Shown here: positions 12,149 through 23,994 of the stretch, piece after piece | Layout: each line of letters opens with the position of its first letter | Numbering within the stretch: position 1 is the stretch's first letter | DNA from: Octopus vulgaris | Lineage: Eukaryota | Direction: 5' to 3' | DNA: 64,000 nt | NCBI GenBank assembly: GCA_951406725.2 | Contig: OX597833.1 | Coordinates: 32,240,001-32,304,000, forward strand | Position numbers and translations under genes: made by a program | Notes under the pieces: model-generated | What the model was told of the DNA's origin: nothing | Databases searched by the model: none | What the model saw: the letters and a program-made list of their open reading frames with translations, nothing else

Positions 12149-14844
12149 GCTCCGATTATTATTGGTTTTGTTTTTACCTTCCTGCCACACATCTTGAATA
12201 CTTCAATTACAAGGTCTTTGTACTTTAACAATTTCTCCACTTCTTTTTGGGCAATATTTTGATCAGAAGGGACTGCAATGTCTATCAGTAAGCAGGGGTC
12301 TTTTTTCCCAATCCTTGATTATTATGTCTGGGCGATTAACCTTTATTTCTTTGTCGGTTTGAACCAGCATGTCCCAGATGATTGTAGCCTGGTCGTTGTC
12401 TTGTACATTGTTTGGCACATGCTTATACCACCTGTTGTCAATTTTAATGTTGTAATGTTGGTCATATTGTCCAGTGGATATAACTGCTTACTCTGTCGTG
12501 TCTGTATATATATATACAAACTTGGCAAGGACTGGGCAGCCCGAAATGATGTGGTCAACTGTCTCATTGTGCTGGTTGCACATTCTGCATTTGGTGTTGC
12601 GGCATGTTTTCATAATTGATTGTAATCAGGTATTGGTCTTGTGCAGCGAGAATCAGTACTTCCGTTTCAGTTTTTAGTCCAGAGCTTTTCAGTCGTGATT
12701 GGCTTTTACTTAGGCTCATTTCATCTCTGTCAAGCCTTGCAGGGTATTGGCCACGAAGTGATTGTTCTCTCCATTTCTTCTGCAGCATCTTTTGTAATTC
12801 TGTTTTCATGTTGTCGTTTTTTGCCTCTTTGACCATTTCTGCTATGTTGTCATCTGAGGTCAGTATGTCAGCGTAGTTTGTTTCTATTTTGTATTTTGTC
12901 GCCTCCTTGTGTATAGAGATGAGTGTTTTCTTTTTGTCGTGTTGCTTTACTACATGCAGTTGTCTTCCACTGTTTATTTCTAAGTGCTTACCTCGTCCAA
13001 CTGCTGTTATTTTATAGTAGATCTCTATCTATATCAAGCCACGGCCTCCTTCTGAACGGGGTAGATATATTCTATCCGAGTCTGCTTTGGGGTGGTGACT
13101 TCGGTACGCTGTTAGTAGATTTCTGGATTTTCTATCTAGGTTTCTCAATTCACTGATCTTCCAGTTTATTGTGTTAAAGCTGTAATTTATGACTGTTATG
13201 GCTAGCGTGTTTATCCCGATTATCTCTTCTGTATCTACTAAAATATATTAAACATGCAAAGGCAAACTGGAAAACCAGTATAACATTTAAAAAATGACTC
13301 ACAAGTTATTAAAACCTACGCTATGCTAATAAGAAAAGGGATTTTCCAGAGAGACTCATTGTCCTTCCTGCTTTTCTACCTTTCTCTGATACTACTAACA
13401 AACTTGTTAAACGAAACCATCATGTGTTATTGGTGCTATGGACGAAAAATAAGCCATCTCCTGTACATGGATGACGTAAAACATTTCACTGAAAACACTA
13501 TAAACAGAGGAACCTTATCGAAATTGTCCAGAGTTTCAGCAATGACATTGGAATAAGCGTAGGGTTGGACAAATGTACCAGAGCCACACGGAGAAAAAGC
13601 AAATTATTCAGCACTGAAAATACTGCATTCGACACAGACACAGAAATTAGGGAATTAGACCACAACCGCCAATACAAATATCTAGGAATAGACGAAGCAG
13701 CTAAAATACAACACACAGAAATGGAGGAGAAAATTTATCAGGTTTTCAACTTTCTTGTCCATGCTTGGCCAGTATACGAAATTTCGCATCAGTGTGGAAC
13801 ATTGAAGAATGCTTTCTGGTAATCAATCCAAGTGATCTTCAGTTTTGTCTTTCTCTTCTTACAATCCTATATAACGACTCGGTTTACTACAACTATACAT
13901 CCCTCACGGGTACCCTTTTTGCTCTTCTGGTAAAGCATTGTTGTTTTCTGGGTGCTTTATAAACCGGTTATTGATGACTGATGTTAGGGTTTTGTAGGAT
14001 GTTGATAGGCATGTTATTGGTCTGTAATTCTGTGGGTTTACGGTATCTTTGTTTTTGTGAATTAGGGTGGTTTGTCCTTCTAGCATCCAGTTTGGTGTTC
14101 ATTCCAGCTCATTGTTGTACAGTGAAATTGTACACCTCTCCCGGTAAAAAGTGGTAGTTGCCAGCCATTATAAATTGACCAGTAGCCGGTCGACAGTGGA
14201 AGACAAGAGAAGGTCGAAGGTTGAGAGTACGTGTAGACTGTGCTGATAGTCGTGTCTGTGCTGATTAGTAATTATACTGTGATACTGAGTGGACGTTATA
14301 ACGATTCAACTGTTTGAGGATAATAACACTGTACAACTGGGTCGTACAGTGTCAGATAGAAACATTCTATGGACGACTTCAGAATATAACAATATCTGTC
14401 AGAACGACAACCGTTGTCAAAACACAGATACAACAGTGGCTAAAGACCGCTTTACCACAGTGGCGAGGAGGAAAAACAAACTTACGAGGAATGAAAAATA
14501 AAAAATAAACATTCACACGGAGAGTTTAAACTAATTTACGTGTACCATTAAGTACCTCGATAAAAAAGAAACAAAATCTTGTGCAAACTTACGAAAATCG
14601 TAAAATATGGAAAACATTTTAGCTGAGATAGTTGAGTTGCAAAAGCAGCAACAACAACTCACGGAACAACGGGAACTATAACAAAGAAAATGTTACAACT
14701 AATGAAGTTGATAACCAAACTGGAGAATACATGTGGAAAATTCCATAAGCGGATTCAAACATGACCCCGACGAAGGAGTAACCTTCGAGGCTTAGTTCAA
14801 AGATTTCAACATAACAAATTTATTAATGATAGAAAAAGAAAACT

Positions 14845-15600
14845 GTGGTCGACAAAAGGAAAAAAAAAAGGTCTGATGCAAAGAACCGCCAAGGTGTGAA
14901 CGTGTACTCTATATGTGATGGTGTACTGATGTACGTTCAGCGGGTGGTCATACCACAGACATTACAGAAGAGAATGCTGAAAGAGTTTCATGTGGGACAT
15001 CTAGGCATCTCTAGAATGAAAACACTGATGCGAAATTTCGTATACTGGCCAAGTATGGACAAGAAAGTTGAAAACCTGGTAAAAGGCTGCAGGGGATGTG
15101 CGCTGGCAGTGAAACTACCTACTACAAAATGTGAACCTTGGCTGGAAGTGAAAATACCATGGTCCTGATTGCATATCGATTTTGCAAGCCCGGTAAATGG
15201 ATATTATTGCTTAGTAGTAGTAGACAGCTATACAAAATGGCATGAGGTCGCGAGGTATAAATGACCAATCTCATATACAGTAATAAACTTCTTACACGGG
15301 CTGTTCGCAAGATTTGGTGTACCGGATATAATTGTCTCTGATAACAGAACACAGTTTGTATCCTGTGAGTTTAAAAGACTCTGTGAGATGTTCATGTTAG
15401 AACATAAAACTATAGCACCGTATCACCCTAGATCGAATGGACGGGCTGAATGGTTCGTGGACACTTTTAAGAGAGCTTTAAAGAAAGCTGATAAGGAAGC
15501 CACGGACGAGATTGCGATTTAACAATTCTTAAGTGTATACATGGTAACTCTGAACCCAAATCCGCCAGAAGGTAGCTCAGCAGTAGAATTAATGTTTGCC
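14845..15600 (+). pseudogene. Gypsy integrase (HHCC zinc finger + DDE core), disrupted
   Basis: RVVIP..EFHVGHLGISRMK..YWPSMD..CRGC, PWS*LHIDFASP, VSDNRTQF, YHPRSNGRAE. Confidence 0.88.
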
Positions 15601-15990
15601 AGAAAGGTGAAGGCAGTATTCGATAAACTGTTACCAGTGAAAAAAAAAATGTACTAGTAAAGACATGCCAAAATTCTTTAGAATTGGTGATAAGATATAT
15701 GTAAGAATGTACAAAAATGGCAAGCAATACTGGGGAGGAGAAATTGTAACATACATACGAAGAGCGATGTATGGTGTAACAAGCACAAATGGAATGGAAA
15801 GAAGGCATAGAAATTAGCTTATGGAAAGAGTCATAGAAAAGGAACCAACAAGAATAGAAATACCGATGGATTGGCTATATGACACTTTTCAAATTGAAAC
15901 ACCGTTGCACGAAGTCGAAACCACGCGTATAAAGAAAAGGAAGAACATTGAATTCCTAGAAGTAGATCCTAATAAGAAATTATACTGAGT

Positions 15991-16094
<104 letters not shown>

Positions 16095-16145
16095 ATAAAG
16101 AGGAGGTGTGGTGAATAAAAGGAATTGATTGTTAAATAAAATAAT

Positions 16146-16350
16146 TTTATTTCCTTAATGCACACAGGGGGATAAACATAGAGGGGACAAACAAGGACAG
16201 ACAAGGGGATTAAGTCGATCACATCGACCCCAGTGATTAACTGGTACTTATTCAATCGACCCCGAAAGGATGAAAGGCAAAGACGACCTCAGCGGAATTT
16301 GAACTCAGTACGTAACGGCAGACGAAATACACTAAGCATTTCGCTCGGCA
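16146..16350 (-). mobile_element. tRNA-derived SINE (type A) inside the Gypsy 3' LTR
   Basis: Closely similar to 11906-12130; absent from the 5' LTR. Confidence 0.85.
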
Positions 16351-17609
16351 CCCCTCTCGGTAAAAAGTGGTAGTCGCCAGCCATTATAAATAGGCCAGTA
16401 GCCTGTCGACTGTCGAAGGTCGATAGTACGTGTAGACTGTGTTGGTAGTCGTGTCTGTGCTGATATAGTAATAATACTGTATTACTGAGTGGACGTTATA
16501 ACGATCCAACTGTTTGAGGATAATAACACTGTACGACTGGGGGTCGTCCAGTGCCAGATAGAAACATTCTATTGACTTCGGAATATAACAATATCTGTCA
16601 GAGTGACAACCGTGGTCAAAAGACAGATACAACAGTGGCTAAAGACCGCTTTACCACACTTATCAATAAATTGAACGCTGCCGCTAAAGTGGTTATGGGT
16701 ACTGGTAAGGTGTTTTAACCTGAAATTGGGGACCTTGACTATACCTGGAGTTTATCAGTTGCTGGTACTCCTCAGTGTGTCCATGATCTCTTAGCCTGGT
16801 GATGGTGGGCCATATCTCTTGTTCTATTGTGTTCTTCCTTTCCTTTTCTCTATTAATCCACTGATAATTTTTGTTGTGTTTTTTGGTTTGCTCCATATTG
16901 CTTCCTGGTATGACTGAATCGCTTATGTTGTTGGTATGGCATCTATTGATATAGTTTTTAAAAACTTTTTATAAGATCTTTTTGTGTTTATTTTGAATTC
17001 GCTATTATGCGGCAAGTTTTTGCTACTATGCTCTGTTTATTTTTTCTTTTACCTCCCAGGTATCTTCTTTATGTTTTATGTTGTATTGTTTTGTTATATA
17101 GGTCATTTTTTAATATTTTTCACATCGATCCTGTTTCTCTATTTCACAAGCTAGTGACAAGTCTTTCTTGTTTTTGAATTTTATTTATTATGATCTGTTT
17201 CCATTTTGGGGTTTGAGATTTGGTAGGAATTTTTTTCTTTGTAAGGGTCAAGTTCAGTTTTCCTGGATATCACTATAGCTGTTGAGTTGACCAAGTCATT
17301 TAGTTTGTTGATATTTGGTGTACCTTTTGATATGGTCATTAGTACTTGTAAGGCTCTGTTGTATTTATCTATCCTTTCATACAGCTGTTTATTTTTCTAT
17401 AGCCTGGGAAGGTGTTTACGCTGGTCCATATTTATCGGCTGTGTGATGTTTAGTTCTTTTACTTTTGTCATTTCTACAGTCAGTTCGTCGCTATCCTCGG
17501 TTATAGCTGGTGTGTTATGGCGTGTGTTATTTTGTTTCTTGCTTTGTTCTTCAGTTTTCGCTTGTCTATGTGTGTTGTTGATTTGCTGTGCTGTTCTATT
17601 TGTTTCTGG

Positions 17610-17663
<54 letters not shown>

Positions 17664-18187
17664 GAGCGAGAGAGCAGCGTATGCCATCAAAGTGACACTG
17701 GGGTACAATTATACGAAGCCCAAATTACCCATCATAACTATCCTTTTGATAAAGGTAAACCAAGCATATGTGCGCGACATGATAATCTTATATCAAGATA
17801 AACAACACATGACCTTACAGGTGAGGCCTAGTTAGAATTTTCATCAGGTCGAGTAGCCCATCCCGCTCAAAAGGTCCCTGAATAAGGTTTATTTAAAGAT
17901 GATGAACTAAACACCCATGTTTCCAGAGGTGAGTTATTCAAACCCCAAAGAATTCCTCTAAACACATGGATATGATGTTCCCCAACTACTTCTACTCGTG
18001 ATCAGAGGTGCACATATCGTCAGCCACCAAGGGACATGCTCAACTGGTTAAGGTCAAGCAACTGACAAGCAAATCTGTGCTACTGAGCAGAATATTTACT
18101 GTAGCCCATCTTTTATACCAAGACAAAACAATGTACATGATAACACTTCCAAAATCAGAAACTAGGAGAGCCACTGCGTCAGGGCAT
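17664..18187. mobile_element. ~520-bp non-coding repeat (family N) embedded in (ATT)n
   Basis: Full-length homolog at 42563-43074; partial inverted copies at 27378-27665 and 27683-28054. Confidence 0.85.
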
Positions 18188-18227
18188 TTTATTGTTGCTA
18201 TTGTTGTTGTTGTTATTATTATTATAT

Positions 18228-18334
18228 GTACTAGCTACGGCGGTACATATTCTAAAATTGGAACCATACAGAGAAGATTAGCATGGCCCCTGCGTAAGGC
18301 TGACACGGAAATTCGTGAAGCGTTCCATAGTTTT
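18228..18334 (+). pseudogene. U6: Full-length U6 snRNA copy, probably a retropseudogene
   Basis: 107 nt colinear with U6, including ATACAGAGAAGATTAGCATGGCCCCTGCG and AAATTCGTGAAGCGTTCCATA-TTTT; several substitutions; repeat DNA upstream with no visible promoter. Confidence 0.93.
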
Positions 18335-18339
18335 CTTAT

Positions 18340-18718
18340 AGGCGCAGGAGTGGCTGTGTAGTAACTAGCTTGCTTACCAACCACATGGTTCCAGGTTCAG
18401 TTTCACTGTGTGGCACCTTGAGCAAGTGCCTTCTACTATAGCCTAGGGCCGATTAAAAACTTGTGAATAGATTTGGTAGACGGAAACTGAAAGAAGCCCG
18501 TCGTATGTGTGTGTGTGCATATGTTTGTGCATGTGTTTGTCCTCCCACCGCTTGACAACCGATGCTGCTCTGTTTACGTTCCGTTATCTAGCGGTTCGGC
18601 AAGAAGAGACCGATAGAATAAGTACTAGTCTTATAAAGAATAAGTCCGGGGTTGATTTGTCCGACTAAAGGAGGTGCTCCAGCATGGCCGCGGTCAAATG
18701 ACTAAAACAAATAAAAGA
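18340..18718 (+). mobile_element. tRNA-derived SINE (type B) with internal (TG)n
   Basis: AGGCGCAGGAGTGGCTGTG..GGTTCAG head and 3' part ending GGTGCTCCAGCATGGCCGC..TAAAAG; homologs at 30838, 33266 and 43690. Confidence 0.88.
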
Positions 18719-19599
18719 ATATATATATACATGTATGCATGTATACATATAGGTATGCATACATACATAATATATACATATATATACACACATAATTGTC
18801 ACTAATTGTGACTGAGTGGTGGGTAGCACCTATATTGCTAGAAATAAGAGTTAAAAACGCTTAGAGCCACAAGAAAGCATATTTTCATATACTGACAGGG
18901 GAGATAACCGCCCCACAACGAAGCTAGATCTCTATACTAGACTAATTTCGTTTGAAAATTAAATATTACAATTGAATTTTTCCTTTTTGGTTTTATATTG
19001 CGTATAGCTGCGTTCGTTATTTTGCAATTTTCACGTTAGCATTTTGCTGAATCAGCCATAAATTCTTATGGTAAATATATAGACTGACAGTCAGGATTTA
19101 GCCTAACCATTCTGCGATGGAATAATCACTCTCTGTGTGTGAAAAAAAAATTAATATATGTATATATGTTTGTACATACACACACGCACACACATACATA
19201 CAATACATCAATACATACATATGTATAAACATACAGTATGGAAGAATCATTTTAACAATTCAAGAACATTTTTTATATTCAGTTTTGTTTTGTAGTCGTC
19301 CACTGAAGAACTAAGAAAAAGTAAACAAAACATTATTTTTGATCAGAGGTTTGAATTTTGCAAAGTATCGAAATCATTCTATTATCCCTGTTCTCTGAAC
19401 GTAATTTTGTTCAAATATACCCTCCTAATCTTGTACAACAATCCGTTAATCACAAGCGATTATGGCTTGGTAACAAGTACCATACTTTCTTTACTTGTTT
19501 CGGGTAGTTATGTAGTTGCGAACAGATGCAGACATTCTCTTAGTCTTATCATCCTTGACTTAGCAGAACAACCTGGATGTGGCAACCGGTAGAAGAAAG

Positions 19600-19752
19600 G
19601 ACTACCCGCTCACCTTGGATGGTACTCATGTTGAGAAGACTGGAGCAATGTGAAATTAAGTGCCTTGTTCGAGGACACAACGCTCTATTGGATCTATGAA
19701 TTGAACCCACGACCTTATGATCATGACCTGATTACTCTAACCACTAAGCCAT
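19600..19752 (-). mobile_element. Decayed tRNA-derived SINE (type C, CORE-like domain)
   Basis: Reverse complement reads TGGCTTAGTGGTTAGAG...GGGTTCAATTC...GTGTCCTCGAACAAGGCACTTAA. Confidence 0.65.
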
Positions 19753-20892
19753 GCGCATTCACTAAGAATCCTGTCTATGTTCGTGTGTGTTGTGCGCGCG
19801 CACGCACACATGCACATGCATAAACACACACACATACACTCGGGCACGTACACATACATATATAATCTGAGAAGTGAATGAACTACAAATTATGAGCTAC
19901 CACAGTTCTCTAAAATGGAAGATTAGCAAAACAGCTAAAAGCAAATGTACGATCAACGCAGTGGAAGTAACGAACGACGAAAAATCTCGAAAATAGGTGC
20001 GAGCAATTAGTTGAGAAAGATTCCACGATAAAAATTCTGGCATTCTTCAAAATATTCTTGGAGAAGTGTGAACCTCATATTTCCTGATCATATTGAAAAT
20101 ACCAAAATAGAGTAGCGTGGCAAGACTTGAAAAGCAAGAATTGTTTGTTCAGGAAGGCATCCGCTTCTCTTGTTTCCTCTCGTAAGTTTGATTAATTTGA
20201 TGAAGCTAATTTCAAAGACTCAAGGAGCCGCTCGTTGTTATGTCGCTGTTTTTGTTTAGTTTTCGTGAAACATAATCGGGCAGATCTCTGAATAAAGATT
20301 TTCATCCGTGACCATCCCATCTTATTTATCCATGACGTCATCCTTCATTGGATAATGATGGATAGGCAGAATCAGTGGAGCGCCGGTTTGGTTTCGCTTC
20401 TTTATGTTTCAATTCAAATCCTGCTGAGGTCAGCTTGCCGTCCACTCTTTCGGAGCTCAATAAAATATTGTACCATTTGTGTACAAGAGTCGATATAATC
20501 AGCTGTTTCCTTTCTTCAGTTTTGAGATCACGCGTCTATATGAAAAATCATTATTCACTGTGTTCTTACTTTTTTTTCCACACGGTAAGATGTGATATAA
20601 AGGAGATTCCGCTGTTGTTTCTAGAGTTAGATTCCGACTTTGTGGTTGAGTATGTCTGGCTATGTTGACTATGTGACATATCACAAAGCTGTGCCTACTT
20701 AAATCTACTGGTGATAAGATACAGAAGCTTAACATCTTGGTTGATTGTTCTATACTCAGTTATATCAGCGACCCATGCTTTCAATAGCGATGATCAAGAG
20801 TGTGAGGTAATTTGGATAGCCCTCAGTTCATCACAGGGTTGAGTTAGTAGGATACTAAAGCTATTTCCTGGTTAATATTACAAGTCAACCCG

Positions 20893-21090
20893 AAAGCGGC
20901 GAGCTGGCAGAGTCGTTAGTACGCCGGTTAAAATACCTAGAGACGTTCCATCTCTAAGTCCAAATTCTGCCGAGGTCGACTTTGCATTTCATGTTTTTTG
21001 AGTCGATAAAATAAAAGCACCAGTTAAATACTGAGGTCGATCTAATCAACTTACGAAATCGCTGGCCTTGCGCCAAAATTTAAAATCAAT
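20893..21090 (+). mobile_element. tRNA-derived SINE (type A)
   Basis: GCGGCGAGCTGGCAGAGTCGTTAG head and GGTCGACTTTGC core; a more decayed copy lies at about 20375-20505. Confidence 0.85.
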
Positions 21091-21569
21091 ATTACCACCC
21101 AGTCCTTATTTTTAGTGGAGTCCACTTTGTAAGCATTTGGATGCAAGTTGTCTGCTGTATAAGAATACCTTCTCTCTTTAGTCATAGAGGTACGGCTAAG
21201 TGTTATGGTCACAACCTTTGATTAATACTAAATGATAGCAAGCCAGTTTCTTTCTTTCACTTATTGTTTGTTTCATTCATCACTTGTTTTGGTTTTTCTT
21301 TCCTTTCTTTTGTCGAAGTGTTCTTACTTATAAAACTCTTATTAGAATTATATCTGACTTCAAATTTAAAGCAACAGGGATTAAATTACGCTTTAAATTA
21401 AGCAGTAATTATAAGGAGTAAAGACCACTCCAACCTTGACTTTCTGTTTTTAGTGCACTTGCAACTGTCAAAGACGAAATAAACAATATGGACTCAGTAT
21501 CGATACCGATACTGAATGCTTTAGTGTTATTATCTCTTTATCAAAGCTACTAGCGGAGTCTCTACGTGG

Positions 21570-21727
21570 TAATGTTGGTGTGCTTTCGTCCCCGTAACTT
21601 AGTGGTTCAGCAAAAGAGACCGATAGAATAAGTACTAGGCTTACAAAGAATAAGTCCTGCGGTCGATTTGTTCGATTAAAGGCGGTGCTCCAGCATGGCC
21701 GCAATCAAATGACTGAAACAAGTAAAG
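21570..21727 (+). mobile_element. 3' half of SINE type B
   Basis: Matches about 18560-18718. Confidence 0.8.
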
Positions 21728-21732
21728 GAATA

Positions 21733-21819
<87 letters not shown>

Positions 21820-22066
21820 GCAAAAATATCGAAAGCCATTCTCTATCTTGAATTAATAATTTGTCAACGATGAGTTTGAATTTTTGCTAAAACCTCATTA
21901 TATTTTTAAAGTCTACGACATCCCTAGATACAAATTGTAGCGAACTAGCATATCATAGCACTCCGTCTGTTGACAACGACTGACCTAAAATAAAACGGAA
22001 TGATCACAGCGGAAAAGACTTAGATGATAAATTTATTCGTTTGGAGCTAGCCACCCTTGGTGCTAT

Positions 22067-22425
<359 letters not shown>

Positions 22426-23487
22426 ACATAACAACACCTATGCTAGCAGCAGCCACAGCAGTAGCACCACTACCATCACTATCACTAACTCCACAACAAC
22501 CACAGCTACTGCTATCACCAACGCCACCACACCCACCGTTACTATTATCACCACCATCAGAACAACAGAGCAACAACAACGACAACAACAATATATTGCT
22601 ATGGCTGTTTATTTATGTTTACGCGTATTTGCACGTTGCCTGTCACGTTACCATCGTCATCCAACATTGCTGGGTCGAGCTATCCTTGCTAGTCTTCCAT
22701 CCCTCGACAACAGCACACTGTGACCACACTGATGCCTCAGAATGGCAAATTTTGTTTTCTTACCTCAGGAGAAACAACAGCAACAACAATAATAATTATA
22801 ACAACAATAGCAACACCAGGGACAACAACAACAGTAGCAGCAACAGCAATAACAGGTAAGGTAGTACAGAAATAACAACGGATTGTAGCGTCATGGATAA
22901 AAAGAAACTGCAACAGCAACATGGCAGCGATGACAGCAGCAGCAATCAAATGAAGTAATTATAAAATGGAAGCTACAACTGCCATAACAGAAACTATAAA
23001 TACAAGATATATAACAACACTTGTAGCATCAGCTATAACAACAACAACAACAACAGCAGCAGCAATAACAGCTGTAATATCGACAGCAGCAACATCAGAA
23101 ACAATTACAACAACATCAGAAATAGCAACAGCAATAGTAGCTGAGCAACAGGCACAACAAGAAAAACAGCGAGAATGACAACAGAACGTGTTGTTCTATA
23201 TATCGACGTGAATATAGATTACAAGGACATCAACGGCAACGGAGGACAACGACACTAAAAAAAAGTTATACATGGCAAAGTAAGCTTTGATGTTTAATAA
23301 GGAGATACACAGGGTGAAGTAATTAACTCCAGTTTATTTCTCGCCATCAATATTTGCTCCATCTGATTCCACCTCCACCCACCAACTTATCCATCGCTAT
23401 CTACCTGCCTACTCTATACAGTGTAACATTTACACACCGAAACAAGGATACAGGAACGTCTGACCTGAATAATAATCATAATTATAA

Positions 23488-23980
23488 TGATTTCAAATTT
23501 TGGTACACGACCATTAATTCCGGGGGAGGGAGAAGTCGATTACATCGACCCCCAGTGCTCAACTAGTACTTATTTTATCGACCCCGAAAGGATGAAAAGC
23601 AGAGTGGACTTCGGTGACATAATAATCACAATGATAATCGTTTCGAATTTTGGCACAAGGCCAGTAAGTTCGTGGAAGGGGGTTTGTCGATGTAATCGAC
23701 CCCAGTACTCAACTGGGACTTAATTAATCGACTCCGAAACGATGAAAGACAAAGTCGACCATAGCGGACAAAATGCCGCTGAGCATTTTGCCCGGCGTTC
23801 TAACGATTCTGCCAGCTCATCGCCTTCAGTAATAATATTAATAATCCTTTCTGCTGTAGTCACAAGGCCTGAAATTTGGTGGGAAGAGATAAGTCGATTG
23901 CATTAATATCGGTACTTATTTCATCGATTGCGAAAGGATGGAGCTCGGTGGAATTTGAGCTTAAAAACGTAAAAACGAAC
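23488..23980 (-). mobile_element. Three tandem partial SINE type A copies
   Basis: Repeated GTCGATTACATCGACCCCAGT / CGAAAGGATGAAA modules; head at about 23826. Confidence 0.8.
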
Positions 23981-23994
23981 ACATGATAATAATA

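Noticed and set aside
18228-18334. Functional U6 gene
   Set aside because: Upstream DNA is another repeat and a TTG/TTA tract with no visible PSE/TATA context, and there are substitutions at conserved positions.
18890-18942. CTGACAGGGG..CCCC..GAAGCTAGATCT possible hammerhead relic
   Set aside because: Both core segments are defective and there is no stem I; too degenerate to call.
19300-19380. CTGAAGA...CGAAA hammerhead-like spacing
   Set aside because: No convincing stems I-III.
20893-20970. tRNA gene
   Set aside because: A/B-box head of a multicopy SINE with no complete cloverleaf.
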